64,000 bases of DNA, from NCBI RefSeq assembly GCF_009914755.1, contig NC_060925.1. One strand, 5' to 3'. The position numbers were made by a program, and so were the translations under genes. The notes beneath the pieces are model-generated. The model saw only the letters and a list, made by a program, of their open reading frames with translations, was not told the origin of the DNA and searched no databases. Of this stretch, positions 51,102-64,000 are shown piece after piece (the first letter of the stretch is position 1; each line of letters begins with the position of its first letter). This stretch comes from the human T2T-CHM13v2.0 reference genome, Homo sapiens.

Positions 51102-52183
51102 TGTGGTAGGCAGAATTCTAAAAACAGCCCCCCAAGATTCCATATCCTAATCTCTGGAGTCTGTGAATCCGGGAATCTACCACTCCCATTATTAAATTCT
51201 TACATACAGCTCTGTAGGACACAGTTTACCTTAAGAGAGGAAGGTTTTCCGGTGGGCCTGATCTACGCAAATGGACCGTGAAAAGCAGAGAACTTTCTCT
51301 GGCTGATAGAAGAAGGGGGCAGAAAAGAGGGCCGAAGACGAAATCACAGAGACTCAGAAAGTGAGAAGGACTCCATGCTCCACGGCTGACTTTGAAGATG
51401 GCAAAGGCTGCTGAGAAGAAATGTAAGCAACTTTGAGGAACCAAGAACAGCCCTTACCGACAGCTACCAAGGAAAAAAGCACTTCGGCACATCAATTGCA
51501 AGAACTCAAATTCTACCAAAACCAGGCTGAACTTGGAATGGTTTCTTCCCCAGTCTCCAGATAACAACTAACCCCAGCCAACACCCTGACCTTTGCCTTT
51601 GGCTATCCTGTGCCTGAGACCCTGCTGAACCTCTCTGGACCTACAGAACTATGAGCTAATATTATGAGCATCATTTTCAGCTGCTAAATAGGTGATACTT
51701 TTTGTTGTTGTTTTTTTTTAGAGACAGGGTCTCTCTCTGTTGCCCAGGCTGGAGTGCAGTGGTACAATCATAGGTCACTACAGCCTCCAATGCCTGGGCT
51801 CAAGTCATCCTTTTACCTCAGCTTCCTGAGTAGTTTACGGGCATGCACCACCACACCTGGCTAATTTTTAATTTTTTGGTAGAGATGGGGGTCTCACTAT
51901 ATTGCTAGGCTGGTCTCAGACTCCTGGCCTCAAGCAGTCCTCTTGCCTCAGCCTCCTGAGTAGTTAGGACTACAGGTGCCTGTCACCATGCCCAGCTAAT
52001 TTTTTCAATTTTTTTTTTTTTTAAGAGACGGAGGTATCTTGCTATGTTTCTCAGGCTGATCTTGAACTCCTGGTCCCAACTGATCCTCCAGGCTTGTCCT
52101 CCAGAGTAGCTGGGTTTACAGGCACAAGCCACCTTGCCCAGGTGTGCAGCGCTTTCTTATGCAGCAAGAGAAGATGAGTACTC
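51102..52183 (+). mobile_element. MLT1 (D/E-like) MaLR LTR interrupted near its end by an Alu composite
   Basis: tgtggtaggcagaattctaaaa..cccccaagattcc..ggctgactttgaagatgg..gacctacagaactatgag; tail ttatgcagcaagagaag after 52150. Confidence 0.7.
51700..52143 (-). mobile_element. Three-monomer Alu/FLAM composite (J-age)
   Basis: Three consecutive 7SL-derived monomers separated by T-rich linkers. Confidence 0.85.
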
Positions 52184-52287
52184 CTAGTATTTATATGGCT
52201 TTTTTTTCAAAGCTTGTCACATATTTTTTTATTATTATTATTTGATTGTCAAATGTATGAGAGAAACCAGTCCATCAGTAAGATTTA

Positions 52288-52577
<290 letters not shown>

Positions 52578-53029
52578 TTTTTTTTTTTTTTGAAACCAAC
52601 AAATGTTGAATAAAATACCTGAAGTAAGGCATGGATATTTTTGAAAACCTACATTTTTCTGCTTTTTCCTTCCTTTATGTTTTCCTTCATATTCTGAATA
52701 AGGAAGTCATTCTTTTGGAGAGGGATTCCCTTGCTCAGTACTACAGAAGAGTTTTTAAAAGAAGTGAGCTTTCACAAAGGATTGAAAACTAAAGACAGAG
52801 TCAGTTTGAGGGCCTAAAGTTGACAAGATATAGAGAATTAAAGGTCTTCGTAAAGATACAAGAAGAATCGTTCCAAAATGATTCTGTCACTTTGGCTATA
52901 GAGATAATGTAAAGCTTTATGTGTGTTCCACAAACTCCTATCTAAGTAAGTACATTTTTCTTTTGTGTGCGTGAAGCAGGGCTAACCCATAGGCAGTGAG
53001 TCCAGAGCCAGCCTCCCTTAGTAAATGTC

Positions 53030-53342
53030 TTTTTTTTTTTTTTTTTTGAGATGGAGTCTCACTCTGTGGCCCAGGCTGGAGTGCTAGAGTGCAGTGGTGC
53101 AATCTCAGCTCACTACAACCTCCGACCACCCTTCCGGGTTCAAGTGATTCTCATGCCTCAGCCTCTTGAGTAGCTGGGATTATAGGCACATGCCACCATG
53201 CCATGCTAATTTTTATGCTTTTAGTAGAGATGGGGTTTTACCATGTTGACCAAGCTGGTCTGTAACTCCTGGCCTCAAGTGATCCGCCTGCCTTGGCCTC
53301 CCAAAGTGCTGGGATTACAGGCATGAGCCAACATGCCTGGCC
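53030..53342 (-). mobile_element. Alu (S-type)
   Basis: Dimer with T-tail. Confidence 0.95.
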
Positions 53343-53445
53343 ATATCTAAGTAAATTTGAAAAGTAGCCTGCCTCATTCTCCAGTCTACATATTGAGGAA
53401 TAGGATTATCAAGAGAGCTGTAGCCAATAATCTGGTCTATGGGGT

Positions 53446-53844
53446 TTTTTAAAAGAAAAATCTTAGACAAATTAAGTTTAACAGAGTTTAATTGAGCAAA
53501 GAACAGTCTGAGAGTCAGGCAACCCCCAAGCCAGAATGCCTTCAGAGAGCCTTTACCACCGCCATGTGATGGAAGATTTATGGACAGAAAAAGGAAAGGA
53601 CATGCAGGAAAACAGAAGTGAGGTGCAGAAACCGCGGATTGGTTACAGTTCGGCGTTTGTCTTCTTTGAACCCAGTTGGAACAGTTTGCTATCCTTCACT
53701 GACTGAAACTTAGTGATTGGCACAAGAGTAGGTTATAGTCTATTTACACCTCCATTTAGGGTATAGTTCACCATGTACAGATAAACCTTTAGGCTGAACT
53801 TTAGATATGTAAGGAGGCAGATTTAGACTAAACTTAATTTAACA
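53446..53844 (-). mobile_element. MER57-family ERV1 solo LTR
   Basis: Reverse complement starts tgttaaattaagtttagtctaaatctgcctccttacatat and contains aacctactcttgtgccaatcac and ctgtaaccaatcc. Confidence 0.8.
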
Positions 53845-53861
53845 GACTCTAAGAAATGTAA

Positions 53862-54148
<287 letters not shown>

Positions 54149-54724
54149 GAGTGAAATCATAGGGCTATGGAAAGGGAACCCGTGTGCTGAGTCAGCCTCT
54201 GGATAGGGGCCACAGGACTGATTGAGCCAGGAGTCACAGGTCTGGGTGGGGTCCGTCAGTTGCTAGAATGCAAAAGTCTGAAAAACATCTCAAAAGAGCA
54301 ACCTTAGGTTCCACAATAGTGATGTTATCTATGGGAACAATTGGAGAACTCACAAATCTTGTGACCTCTGGCCACGTGACTCCGGAGCAGTAAGGGATTA
54401 CAGAAAAACAGGCTAGGGCACATGACTGGTTATCATTTAGCTACATCTACCATTTTAGCAGAATTCAGGCTAATCCTAATCTTGTGGGCTTTCATTAGTC
54501 TTACAAAGGCAGTTTCAGTTCCAGAACAAGGAGGGGATCAGTTTTAGGGAGAGACTATGATCATCATTGCTTTAAAGTTAAATTATGGACTAAATTTCTC
54601 CCATGGTTAGCTTGCCCTATGCCCAGAAATGAGTGGGGACAGCCAGCCTGTGAGACTAGAAGCAAGGTGGAATCAGCCACGCTACACTTCTTTCACTGTT
54701 AGAATCTTTGCAAAGGTGTTTTCA
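54149..54724 (-). mobile_element. LTR8-family (LTR8A/B-like) ERV1 LTR, 3' end lost
   Basis: Reverse complement starts tgaaaacacctttgcaaagatt..gctgattccaccttgcttctagtctcacaggctggctgtcc..agctaaccatgggag. Confidence 0.75.
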
Positions 54725-55111
54725 CTAGAAGCCTTCTTGTGCTGGCCTAGGGACTCACACTACTCAGAGATGGTGGAGATTGAGCCATGCTAGGTGGTTA
54801 TCCATGCTGGCCGTCCAAGTGGCTCCTCAGAGGGAGGTTTACAGCATTTACCCCACCCAGCTTCTTTTGATTCCACAGGCAAATTCCCGCTTATTTCTAA
54901 GATCCGGTTCATGATCCAGGGAGTCAATACCCACTTTTCTCTGTGCTTTCTTTGACCTAGTAGTTAAAATCATAAGCTCTAGAGGCAGATAAACTTAGGT
55001 TTCCTGGTTCTAGAGTTAACTGCCTCTCTAATTTTCAATAAGTTGTTTAATTTCTCTAAGCCTCAGTTTCCACATCTGTAAAACTCATAGTGTATTGTAA
55101 TAATTAACGTA

Positions 55112-55713
<602 letters not shown>

Positions 55714-56723
55714 AATTATTAAATAATGTATAAATGCAGTCAGCCTCATGCCTGGCATGTGTTACATTTTTAGTAATTGCTACCCACTGTCATTATTGAT
55801 ATTATCATTGCTTTGTTGTATTGTTATTGTGTTCCTTGGTATTTCTTTCCTATAAAGCTCTGAGCAACTTTGGAGAGCAGGGATCATATTTCATTTTTAT
55901 TAATTTTCCTGAACATCTACCATGATGTCTGGCACATAATAGACACTCCATAATTGTTTGCTGAATGAATGGATCAATGAATCAGCAATTGCTTTGAAGT
56001 GTCCCTGCTGGAAAATGTGTTTGTATGCTTTTTTTTTTTTTTTTTTTTTTAAAAAGGAAAAGTATGCAATGGGTTTGGGATAAGGCCAGAGGTTTTTCTT
56101 TCATGTAGGTCTGGGACAACACGTTGTCAGCATCCCCGTGAACTTGGAAAGAGAGAACTGGATGACATACCTTCCAGATATATTACATTAGGTGACAGAA
56201 AGCCAGCCATGCTTCATTCCTATCCCTATGTGCTTTATAAACAAGTAATCGCTGTAATAACTACCCTGTCCAATGTCTTGCCTTCTCTCTGCTCATGGTC
56301 TGTTTCCCTAATTTATCCCCACCACTAAAGCGAGAAGACTGCTCTCAAACTCATGGCTCTGCGGACATGCCAGCATGGTGTTCAGTTCACATTTTGCCTG
56401 AGGTGTTACAGCCATGTGGATTCACTTGAACAACAGGAAAGCCAAGCCGATTCCCAAAGGATTCCAGAAATGACTTTTGGAAGCACATTTTAAAAATTCC
56501 CAAATGGATGTGCCTGGAGTAAGAAAAGCCTGCAAACAAGTATATCCACCTTCACAGTGAAAATCTCTCCTATCTCAATCGCATTCTTTTAGGGTTGGTG
56601 TTTCCAAGTGTCGGGTAAGACCCCCTAAACTATATGTGTATTATCACATCTCTAAACATTTAAGCACAATTCTCTATCTAAAAAATTTCCACATTTTCCA
56701 TGGAAACCCTCCTGTTTTTCTAA

Positions 56724-57025
<302 letters not shown>

Positions 57026-58004
57026 TCATACTCTTTATGGGGTGATGTTCCTACACTGTTACCCTCAGAAAGGAAGTGTATTTGTGCACACACGTGTGTG
57101 TGTGAGGTGGGAAGGTAGCACTTACAGATGGATCATCAAAAGATTTCACAGATTCTAGAAGTAGGTCATGTATCTCATGATCTTCATTTTGGAAAGATTT
57201 GTTTGGTTCCTGAAAAACCAATCACTTATGCCTATAGGGATATTTGCTCACCAAACACTCATTGAGCACTGCTGTACACAGGACTCTACTAAACATTCTA
57301 GAAAATGAAAAAGGCTCTGGATGGGTAAGGGTCCAGTTGTGTACAATTATCCAAAATACAAGAAAAGACAGAAATGATGCTGGTTATAGCGTTTAATAAA
57401 GAGTGATTATTTCTGGCTTGAGTGAGCTGGAAAGGCTTCAGAAGGAAGTGAAATTTGAACTCAGTCTTGAAGAATGGGTAGTTTTGTCATTAGTGGAATA
57501 GAGGGGATACAGTGGAAGAACATTCCCAGAAGGTGGATCAAGAAAGAACAAAGAACAGAGCTGGAAGGTGACTCAAGGATACACTCAGGCCTGTTTGTTC
57601 CAGTAGAGCTTTTACATTGGGAAGTAACAGGAGGAAATTTTGCAAAGTGGACAAGAGTGTCTAAGAAAAGACCAGAATGGCAGTAGTATTAAACAGGACT
57701 CATTAGTTTGTAGTGGGTAAAGATAAAACTAATGACTTAGCATCCTTCGGGAAAACAAAACAAAACAAAACAGAAACTCTCAAGCTTTAGGAAAGTAAGG
57801 GGAGGGGAGAATCATTTAGCTTGGCACACACTGAGGCAGTTCAAGGTATCAAGAGAACCCTGAGAGAGGGTGTAATAGGGATTCAGTGGCTCTCATACTC
57901 CAAACTGCCATCTATTTCTTTTACTTTCTTTCCTTTGCTTATTTGTATTCTCTTCTAATATGCAAGTCTTTGCCTGTAGCCCCACCTTTTTTATTTTGTT
58001 TGTT

Positions 58005-58145
58005 TTATTTTTAATATTTTATTAGTTTATATTTTATTTGAGACAAAGTCTCACTATGTTGCCCAGGCTTGTCTCAAACTCCTGAGCTCAAGCGATCCTC
58101 CCACCTTGGCCCCCTAAAGTGCTGTAACTATAAGTCAACTCACCA
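58005..58145 (-). mobile_element. FLAM / Alu left monomer
   Basis: Single monomer with T-rich tail. Confidence 0.8.
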
Positions 58146-58233
58146 GACAGCCCCAACTTTATAGTCCTCTGTTATTGTGATTTCAGAGGCGAAATTGCCT
58201 CTTGTACAGCTCCAAACAAAAAATACAAGGGCA

Positions 58234-58567
<334 letters not shown>

Positions 58568-58769
58568 TCACAGACCACCCTAGTTGAATCACATGACGAT
58601 GGGAAAGGGGCATTTTGATTGGCCATCCCTGTGTCACATTCCTACTCTGTAAGCCATGAGAAAGCTTTGTGGATAGGCAGGTACAATAACCGCCAGCTTT
58701 CATTGCACCATGCTATGAGTTTTATTCTTTCATGAATTAATTCACTCTTTCACATATTCATTTCTTCAG

Positions 58770-59048
58770 TTTTTTTCTTTTGAAAAAGGGTCTCCTCTGT
58801 TGCCCAGGCTAGAGCACAGTGACGCAATATGGCTCACTGCAGCCTTGAACTCCCAGGGTGAAGGGATCCCCCCACTCAGCCTCCTGAATAGCTGGGGCCA
58901 CAGGAGTGTGCCACCACGCTGGCTAATTTTTGTATTTTTTGTAGAGACAGGGTTTTGCTCTGTTGCCCAGGCCGGTCTCGGACTTTTCAGCTCCTGCCTT
59001 GTCCTCCCAAAAAGCTAGGATTACAGGTTTGAGCCGTTACATCCGGCC
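58770..59048 (-). mobile_element. Alu (J-type)
   Basis: Diverged dimer with a small deletion. Confidence 0.9.
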
Positions 59049-59651
59049 TGACTTTCATCTTATAGACAATGGAGAATTATTAAAGGATTTTTCATCTAGT
59101 AAGTAACAGAGATTGTAGTGGTCTCCAGGGTGCATTAGAATGGAGCCAAGTGACAACCATATAAAAAGTGACAAAGCCTGAGCCAAGGTAGGACAGAGAG
59201 GGAAGAGAGGAGGTGACAGATTGGGTACGTGAGAGGTAGGTCATCATATCATGAAATTACCCAATAGCTCTTTCGTCAGTGAAGGTCCCATGTATTGCGT
59301 AAGATTACTGCAGCCTTTGCTGAACTCCAAAATTTGACCTCTGCACTGAGTTGTTTTAGGATCCAAAACATTATGTAGCAAGGAATGGAAAGTGTTTTAT
59401 ACAAATACTTTTTTAAATGTCCATAAATGTCTAATGTCTAATGCAGTGTACAGATTCATCATATGTCAGCAAATTAGTGCTGACCTTGTAGCCACAACAC
59501 CCATCTCCTATCCCCATGCCAGGAATAGGCACAATCCTGGCTGGACTTTACCCAGCAGCGTAAGCGTAAGCTGAAATTCACCACCCCTCGGTATACCCAC
59601 AATCAAGGATTTTGAGTTGTACTTGAGATGAGGCCAATATGATGGTGGAAT

Positions 59652-60197
59652 TGTTAGGGAAACAGGGACATAGGAGAGCCAGGGTGACATCATTTTCAAA
59701 TCAATTCCATCTTAAAACTAGTAAGACGCATTCCTTGCCAGTCACGACCCACGGCCGTAAGATGTTTACCACCAAGGAAACAGCTTAATAACGCCTGCAA
59801 GGACAAACTCCTGTGACAACAAAATGCCCAGATGTCCCAATATTGCAAAACGATATGTGCTTTTAAGGTGACTATAGTCATGCTTTGATGTACTTACGCA
59901 CTAAAATGCCAAGGATAACTTTCTTTAAATCAACAAAGTAATAAATGTCATTTTTTCGGCTCACCCGCATGTAGACACAGCTTAGCTTTTACATAGATAA
60001 GATCCCTATATAAGAAGAGTTTAAAACAAAGATGGTGCATTCCTCGTCTTGCTTTCTGAGGACATTCTCGCTCTGTAACTGAGTAGCTTTCAGTAAACTA
60101 TCTCTTCTCACTGTACTCTGCAACTCACTTTGAATTCCTTCCTGCGAGAGATCCATGAACCCTCTCTTGAGGCCTGAATCTGGACCCTTTTTTCCGA
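59652..60197 (+). mobile_element. ERV1 solo LTR, MER41/MER66 group
   Basis: tgttagggaaacagg..tccatcttaaaactag start; TATATAA near 60007; ends gagatccatgaaccctctcttgaggcctgaatctggacccttttt. Confidence 0.7.
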
Positions 60198-61012
60198 TTG
60201 AAATGTTTTCTCTAAACGTATGCATTTCCTTTATGAATGAAGAAATCCTTCCATAGTTTAAGCCTTAGGAAAGTGAATGTCTCTAAGACAGTTTCCTTCT
60301 GTTTTTATTCATGTCATTAGAGAATTACATGATAGGGAGGTGAAGGCTTTCTCCTGAGTTTTCTGCAAAAAGAAAAGTTTTGTTACCACTTGCAATGGTG
60401 AAAGTCCCACAGTGAATGGGCACACAGTCCCACTAGCTATGTGACTGGGTGAGACACTTCACTGCTCCAGGTTACAAGCATCTGTTATGTAAAGTGAGCA
60501 TTAGATCATTTCTGAGCAGGTTGACCATATAATTAACTTTCTAGAGTGAAAGTGGCTGCCTTTGAAATTACACCAAGACAAAAGGCATAAACTGGGACTA
60601 TCCTGGAGAAACTGGAACATTTGGTCATCTCTCTCTAAGAAGCTTTGAAGCTCTAAAACTGTATGGTTCTCAGGTTCATTGTCTGCACCCAAATCCAACC
60701 CTTGAGATGGTCTTGATGTTATGAACTTCCCTTTGGGCAGGATATGCTTATTCTGTTTTGGGGAATAGTTCAACTTAACAGAAATGTCCATCTATCCCTT
60801 AGCTACAGCAGAGGCAAATGCTTAGACTTGGGTTGCTGCTGGGGAATAGTCAGCTCTGCCATGTCTTATCTGAGTGAAATCCAACTCCAGACATAAGCTT
60901 CTCCCACAAGGGTTGATATTCAGGTCCTGAGAGAGAATACTTTTTCTCCACAACTGGGGACCTGGCTGATCATGAGCCAGTTCTAATACTTTGTTGTTCT
61001 AGGAGTATGTTC

Positions 61013-61152
61013 GCCAGGCATGGTGACTCAAGCCTGCAGTCCCAGAACTTTGGGAGGCTGAGGTGGGAGGATTGCTTGAGCCCAGGAGTTTGAGACCAGC
61101 CCTACCAACACAGGGAGACCCTGTCTCGACAACAACAACAAACAAACAAAAA
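61013..61152 (+). mobile_element. FLAM / Alu left monomer
   Basis: Single monomer with (CAA)n tail. Confidence 0.85.
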
Positions 61153-62611
61153 GTTATTTAAATACCAAAACTTTTTAAAAAAGTGTTTAAAAAGATTGTA
61201 GTGAAGACTGGTGCACATATATCATTGTCTTTCAATTGTGGCAATGACAATAACCATGATCCTTGCTATCAGTTTGCGTCTCATTGAAGGGATTACGGAA
61301 GTAGCCTATGAGCAGCTGTCTTTTTTACCTGCATATCGATGGCAGGAGTTGTAATTTTCAATTTAGAGCTAACCTATTTCACTGATTAATATGTTCATTC
61401 AGCAAATATTTAATGATTATAAACCATGCATCAAACATTGTGTGGGAGACCCAGAATGAAGTGGGAAATACAAGTGAAATAAGTGGTTAATTGGTGATTA
61501 CAATACATTATAATTGGTGGAATCGAAATCTCAACAAAACACTAGAAGAACACATATTTTGTGAGATAGTTGATTTCTGTCTTTAAATGGTTTTCCTGCC
61601 TACATCATTTAAAATTACCTCAATTCATGAAAATGCAGGGATATAGTTAACCATCTTGTCTTCCACTTCTACTATGCTTTACAACCCAGAGGAGTCGGAT
61701 TAAGATTGAATTTCTTGTTGGTGGTACTGGATTGACATGCAATGTAGTCACACCAAAGTGACATCATATATGTATAAATCCCCTCTTGCTGGAAAGAATC
61801 TCAGTCTCATCCATATTTTGTATCCCTCCTCATGAATTTCATTTATTTTCCTTCTCTGTTTGTTCACACACACAGTCACACATGTGGTGTCTTTCTGGGA
61901 CACATATTCATCCCTGCCTTCTTCACTGTCTCACACGCTCACTGTCCTGGGTACATTCACATCTCTATCACTCACTCTGTCGAAGTCTCTTCCACACTGA
62001 GTTTCTCACTCTTAAATACACGTGACCTCAAGTTTGTAATTTCCTACAGATGCTCTCTGTCCCGGGGGACAAATTCTCTCTCCTTTGAGCACAGGGCCAT
62101 TCTCCAACAGTCTCACTTTCAAAGGCACACACCCACATCTGCAGGCACTCACGCTTTTGTTGACAGCCCCTCCCACACCTCAGGCGTCTCACTGGTGATC
62201 GGAGTAGGGACAGGAGACAGGATGGGTGGAGGAGATACCAGTAAGTCATCCGTCCTCCACCCACATTTTCTTTCTTAATTTGTTTTCTTGAATTTCTTTC
62301 TTCCTTTCTGGTAAGCAGGGAGAGAAATTGCTGAGTAGCATCGTAGGACTCTTGGCAAGTGTCGTTGTCGTGCTAAGGATGCATGAAGGGGAGAAGGCAT
62401 CGCTTAGAGGGATATCACCGGAGGAGGCAGAGAAACATATCACTGTCCCCGAAGAGAAAGACCAGTCTCACTGAAGAGCTGCTCTTCTAAGAATTCTTAC
62501 CACTGGGACATTTTGTTGACATAAGGCACTGTGTCTCTATGAAACAAAATGGGACTCTAGCAGAGAAAACATATCAAATTACTTGAAAGATTCTTGAGTA
62601 TTGATTTATAT

Positions 62612-63305
62612 CAGGGGTTGGCAAACATTCTCTAAAGGGCCACATAGTAAATATTTTAAGCTTTGAAGGCCATATGATCTCTGCTGCAACTTCTCAACTT
62701 GGCCATTATAGGGTGAAAGTAGCCATAGACAATACATAAATCAATGTGTGTGGCTGTGTTCCAATAAAACTTTATTTATATGCTCATTCTTTAGAATGAA
62801 TAAGTTTTTTGCCATTTACTAGAAGTTTCCATGGAGAGGAACAGTGTGAGTTGATAACCAAATTTTTTGAGGTCTTGCTTAGGCAGGGCTAATAAAAAGT
62901 TTTTTAAAAAAACTTTATTTAGGGCAGGCGCAGTGGCTCATGCCTGTAATCCCAGCACTTTGGGAGGCTGAGGCAGGTGGATCCCCTGAGGTCAGGAGTT
63001 CACGACCAGCCTGGCCAACATGGCGAAACCCTGTCTCTACTAAAAATACAAAACTTAGCCGGGTGTGGCGGCACATGCCTGTAATCCCAGCTACTTGGGG
63101 GGCTGAGGCAAGAGAATTGCTTGAACCTGGGAGGAGGAGATTACAGTGAGCCAAGATTGCTCTACTGTACTCCAGCCTGTGTAACAGAGCAAGACTCTGT
63201 CTCAAAAAAAAACAAAACAAAACAAAACAAAAAAAAACAACTTTATTTACAAAAACAGGCAATGGGCTGAATTTGAACCATGGCTCTAATTTGCAGACTC
63301 CCGAT
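62612..63305. mobile_element. MER58A (hAT-Charlie) split by a 130-bp insert and an Alu
   Basis: caggggttggcaaac..aagggccacatagtaaatattttaagcttt..ggctgtgttccaataaaactttattta; resumes caaaaacaggcaatgggctgaatttg at 63250. Confidence 0.85.
62922..63236 (+). mobile_element. Alu (S-type) inside MER58A
   Basis: TSD aactttattta. Confidence 0.95.
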
Positions 63306-63509
63306 CTATGTAAATGACATCATGTTTTGCTCTAGTTTTTTCTTTTTTTGTGATTATGATTTAACTTGAAAACGACTAGATAACTTTTTCATCAAATTTG
63401 GAAGATTTATTTATAATGGTCAGACATAAAAAACTGGATATATACTTTGAGAAAAAATTCCCTTTTGGTGAGCCATGATGAAAGATAAGAGAGATAATTG
63501 TCTGACTGG

Positions 63510-64000
<491 letters not shown>

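Overview
Primate, most likely human, genomic DNA, very rich in Alu elements (about 53 Alu/FLAM copies by eye). It also carries MaLR and ERV solo LTRs, DNA-transposon fossils, MIR/L2 remnants and microsatellites. I find no intact protein-coding region; nearly all ORFs in the track are Alu, LTR or low-complexity artefacts. Recognisable gene-derived features are a full-length RPS11 processed pseudogene (minus strand, inserted into a THE1 LTR) and an FDX2 (FDX1L) processed pseudogene running off the right edge. A CpG-rich promoter with a probable non-coding first exon lies on the minus strand near 21.25-21.55 kb, inside a ~10 kb Alu-free zone; I cannot name its gene. I see no convincing new multi-gene system. 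The most unusual observations are small structural ones: an orphan 130-bp polyadenylated insert with TSDs, a ~60-nt polyadenylated hairpin retrocopy, a fold-back inverted duplication of an Alu, an old non-Alu direct duplication, and a uORF with a lipid-anchor-like N-terminus. Repeat subfamily names come from remembered consensus sequences and need RepeatMasker/Dfam confirmation. Boundaries are approximate unless a TSD is quoted.
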